From the NCBI GenBank assembly GCA_951406725.2, contig OX597834.1, forward strand, positions 5,022,001-5,086,000: DNA of 64,000 nt, given 5' to 3'. A program made the translations under genes and the position numbers. This document shows positions 60,029 through 64,000 of the stretch, piece after piece (positions within the stretch are counted from its first letter, which is position 1; every line of letters starts with the position of its first letter). The notes beneath the pieces are model-generated. The model saw nothing but the letters and a program-made list of their open reading frames with translations. It had not been told where the DNA came from and did no database searches. This DNA is from Octopus vulgaris. Taxonomy: Eukaryota.

Positions 60029-60410
60029 GTGGAGGCGCAATGGCCCAGTGGTTAGAGCAGCGGAATCGCGGTCGTAGGATCGCGGTTTCGATTCCCAGAC
60101 CGGGCGTTGTGAGTGTTTATTGAGCGAAAACACCTAAAGCTCCATGAGGCTCCGGCAGGGGATGGTGGTGATCCCTGCTGTACTCTTTCACCACAACTTT
60201 CTCTCACTCTTACTTCCTGTTTCTGTTGTACCTGTATTTCAAAGGGACGGCCTTGTCACTCTCTGTGTCACGCTGAATATCCCCGAGAACTACGTTAAGG
60301 GTACACGTGTCTGTGGAGTGCTCAGCCACTTACACGTTAATTTCACGAGCAGGCTGTTCCGTTGATCGGATCAACCGGAACCCTCGTCGTCGTAACCGAC
60401 GGAGTGCTTC
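60029..60410 (+). mobile_element. SINE group B (tail type 3), full length
   Basis: GGAGGCGCAATGGCCCAGTGGTTAGAGCAGCGG...GGTTTCGATTCCC...CCCTCGTCGTCGTAACCGACGGAGTGC. Confidence 0.9.
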
Positions 60411-60679
60411 CATCCACCACACATCACAGATTCTTCCGTCGTTAGACGACGTATGACGGTTCTGCAATCTCTTACTGAACAATCACACAGATGACTTGTT
60501 CATAGTGATGAAATGCTTCTCATCATATAATCTCACTTCCGCCATCAAATTGACATTTCCTGTGCACGTGCATTACGTGCTACATGACGAAATGATCGCA
60601 GACAAATGAGTGTTTTGCTCAAGAACATCATGCAACGCTGGGTCTGTATATACATGCACACACACCCACGCTCATGTAT

Positions 60680-61090
60680 AGGAGTGGCTGTGTGATAAGT
60701 AGCTTGTTTACCAACCACATGGCTCCGGGTTCAGTCCCACTGCGTGGCACCTTGGGCAAGTGTCTTCTACTATAGCCTAGGGCCGACCAAAGCCTTGTGA
60801 ATGGATTTGGTAGACGGAAACTGAAAAGAAGCCCGTCGTATATATGTATATATATATGTGTGTGTATGTGTGTGTTTGTGTGTCTGTGTTTGTCCCCCCA
60901 ACATTGCTTGACAACCGATGCTGGTGTGTTTACGCCCCCGTCACTTGGCGATTCGGCAAAAGAGACCGATAGAATAAGTACTGGGCTTACAAAGAATAAG
61001 TCCCGGGGTCGATTTGCTCGACTAAAGGCGGTGCTCCAGCATGGCGGCAGTCAAATGACTGAAACAAGTAAAAGAGTAAAGAGTAAAGAG
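60680..61090 (+). mobile_element. SINE group C, full length
   Basis: Homologous to 46014-46420. Confidence 0.9.
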
Positions 61091-61373
61091 TATATATATA
61101 TATGTATATATATATATAAAACGTAGTTAGAGGATAAAATCATTAAAATTAATTAATTTTATCAATGGCCAGCATATTAAAATCTTTTAGGTAAAATACA
61201 TTTATTGAGATATATAACTGTATAGGGTATAATTATACTCAATGATACAAGAGTGACAGGATGTATTCGACGCGTTCTTTCAGCATATAGGCATAATAGC
61301 TTTTACGCCCTTAAGTATAATTGTACCCTGAGCAGTTATCTCTTTCTTTCTCTCTCTCTCTCACTCTCTCTAC

Positions 61374-61432
<59 letters not shown>

Positions 61433-61476
61433 TATATATATATATATAGGAACAAAGCAACAAGAATGGATTAAAA

Positions 61477-61564
61477 TCTCGGTACGATCGTTTCGTACGA
61501 GGACATCTTCAATAAGCTACAAAAAATGCAGTGAATACAGATGGCTCGTACTCGTCAGCCGAAA
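61477..61564 (-). ncRNA. Type I hammerhead ribozyme motif (left arm)
   Basis: Reverse complement of 61864-61951. Confidence 0.85.
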
Positions 61565-61863
61565 AAACATCAGAGAATTCCCAAACATCAAAAGGGGTAG
61601 ATACAAAAGAGGTTGTAAGATTAACTGCATTGAAGAAAGTTCGATTCATGGAGATCCGATGAAAGGTTTTAAACTTACAGAATTTGTGCATGTCTACATA
61701 TAGCTCATATTGAATTTCTAATCAAGTTGTGTAGACATGCACAAATTCTGTAAGTTTAAAACCTTTCATCGGATCTCCATGAATCGAACTTTCTTCAATG
61801 CAGTTAATCTTACAACCTCTTTTGTATCTACCCCTTTTGATGTTTGGGAATTCTCTGATGTTT

Positions 61864-61951
61864 TTTCGGCTGACGAGTACGAGCCATCTGTATTCACTGC
61901 ATTTTTTGTAGCTTATTAAAGATGTCCTCGTACGAAACGATCGTACCGAGA
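61864..61951 (+). ncRNA. Type I hammerhead ribozyme motif with long stem II and palindromic stem III (right arm)
   Basis: TTTCGG-CTGACGA-GTACGAG [43 nt incl. CATCT/AGATG] CTCGTAC-GAAA-CGATCG-TA-CCGAGA. Confidence 0.88.
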
Positions 61952-62098
61952 TTTTAATCCATTCTTGTTGCTTTTTTCCTATTTGTAATCACCCCACTTG
62001 TCGTATGGTTAACACCATATAGATTTCCGGTGCATCCTAGTTAAGGACCATATTCATGTGAATTCTTTAGAATTCACTTGGATCTCAATTACTTAACC

Positions 62099-62173
<75 letters not shown>

Positions 62174-62388
62174 GCAATAAAAATTTATATAAAAAGAACG
62201 TGAAATACACGAAGGGACGAACACGGAAAACAAACAAGTCATTTGAAGCCTTCAATCTTCAGTCAGAAACCGAATCATCATGGCAAATTTCGGTTGTTTA
62301 ATTCTGAGATTTGCTCCGAATCGGCCAACCCCAAGGAAAAAACTAAGCTGTGAGCATTAGATTTCTTGGTAGAAGGAAAGAATGTAAA

Positions 62389-62434
<46 letters not shown>

Positions 62435-64000
62435 TAAAACTGTATGTGTGTGTATATATAACTGCTGCTGGCTTGGGGTAATTCTACAAGCAGGGTTTCC
62501 GATGCAATGACAGGCAGCTAAGTTTGGATGCGACAGATATCGGCGAAACAAGAATTTTGGCTAACGTCTGAATAGTCTCTTGCAGAGGAAGATGGTGTGG
62601 GAAAGAAGTGCAGTGATCCTGTCCATTTGCTGAAAGAATATTGAGAGTTAATGGATTTAATCCCAGCCCTAGATAGGATTACTATTTTAGCATTGGCTGT
62701 TTATTAGCAGACAAAAATTGGGCATCGGAAAAAAGTCCTTGAGCATTTTTGCCAATGTGGTTTTCATGCTTTCGAGATGAATAATATAAAATACCAGAAT
62801 ACATTGTTATCGATATAATCTGCTTAACTCCTCTCTTAAATATTGTTGTTTTTTGTCTAAAGTTAGACACATTTATTATTACTGTTACAGTGTTAGAAGA
62901 GTGTAATGGTGAGAGAATCGGACACATTTCATTGACGTAGTGAAGCCCTGAATGTCTCGCGAAGTCACATCTCATCCTTTTGAGATCGATAAAATCAAGT
63001 GTGAGGGTAGAACAAGAGAAAACTATTACCGAATGTTCCCTCTTAAAATGTCTGGAGTATTTCCTGTGTAAGAAATCAATGTTGGTGTTATTATTACACT
63101 TTAAATTTCTAATTAAATTTAAGTTTCCCAAAAAAAAAAAAAAAATTACTGAAGTGAGATTTCTGCAATTTCTGATTCTATCTGAGCAATTACTAGAAAA
63201 TACTGATTTAAAGGACAAAAAAAAAAAAAAAACGTACACAAAACAAAGAATGAATGTTGGAAAATCTGTGTCCAGTAGTTTACAAGAATTTCAATAATTC
63301 TCAACATGAAACTGACTGCGACATTATGACCTACGCACACAGTTGCTCTTCGGATTTCTTTATGCTCACTCTTTCTTTTGTTACTTCTTTCGTTTTATTC
63401 TTGCTTCAATTAATTTTGGGAAATGGAAATAATTGGAAATTAAAATGATTATAATTGGTGTTATTTTTTATCCAAGATTTTCAGCTTTAGTTTTCTTGTA
63501 TTATTTTTTCTTTCCTCTATTACCTTTCTATTAATTCCATTTTCCCCAGGTTTCATTGAAAAATCCATATATTTTTAAACGAATCATGTCCACCTTCACA
63601 ATTTCATTTTAGTCAATGCTTATTACAGGTCCATTCTCCATTGTTTAGCATTCTGTAGGTTCCAGTTCCAGTCATTAGCTTTGTATATATTTCCTGCTTT
63701 AAATTCAACCCCATCATATGAGAACTACTTTACATTTTACCGTTTTCTAATTAAACAGAATATTCATGAATGAGAAAGATATGTGAAACTCCTATATTAA
63801 TGATTGCAAACACAAAGACAACTAAGTTGATACCGAATTATTACTTAGTAATGATATAAAATATGAATATTTCGTATTTGGATCTGGTTTGCAAAATTCT
63901 TTATATGAGTTCGTGTGTTGAAGCATATTCTATTGTGTCTGGGGAGAGCCATTTTCTTTTTGAATCTTATTATTATGTAACACACTAAACTATTGAAAAG

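Larger units (their letters stand above)
61446..62100 (+). mobile_element. Fold-back element 5 (253-bp arms, 31-nt spacer, 118-bp tail), in (TA)n
   Basis: 61446-61698 is the reverse complement of 61730-61982 with about 2 mismatches. (TA)n at both ends. Confidence 0.92.

Noticed and set aside
61509-61919. Two identical 60-aa ORFs on opposite strands
   Set aside because: A by-product of the palindrome, with no recognisable domain.
62460-62680. Possible PLE RT thumb fragment on the minus strand
   Set aside because: Similarity is too weak by eye.

Overview
AT-rich, microsatellite-saturated, gene-poor animal genomic DNA. The SINE repertoire looks cephalopod/octopus-like (inference from recall, not verified). 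I found no supportable host exon. The window contains: (1) one long open reading frame from a 5'-truncated R4/Dong-like non-LTR retrotransposon (RT + CCHC + restriction-like endonuclease) inside (TAA)n, with further copies and two more RLE-LINE families; (2) a full-length, frameshifted mariner and several mariner relics; (3) three tRNA-derived SINE groups, including a 172-bp tandem multimer; (4) decayed Penelope-like element (PLE) RT and GIY-YIG fragments; (5) several type I hammerhead ribozyme motifs of different architectures. The most notable structure is a set of five unrelated fold-back insertions with 70-270 bp arms and 1-43 nt spacers. Four of them have a one-sided tail, four sit in (TA)n-rich flanks and one has a 12-bp TSD. 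The two longest, near-perfect ones carry a hammerhead in each arm pointing outwards. I interpret these as a non-autonomous, PLE-mobilised 'hairpin retrozyme' system. That interpretation is inference. All alignments and structures were done by eye.
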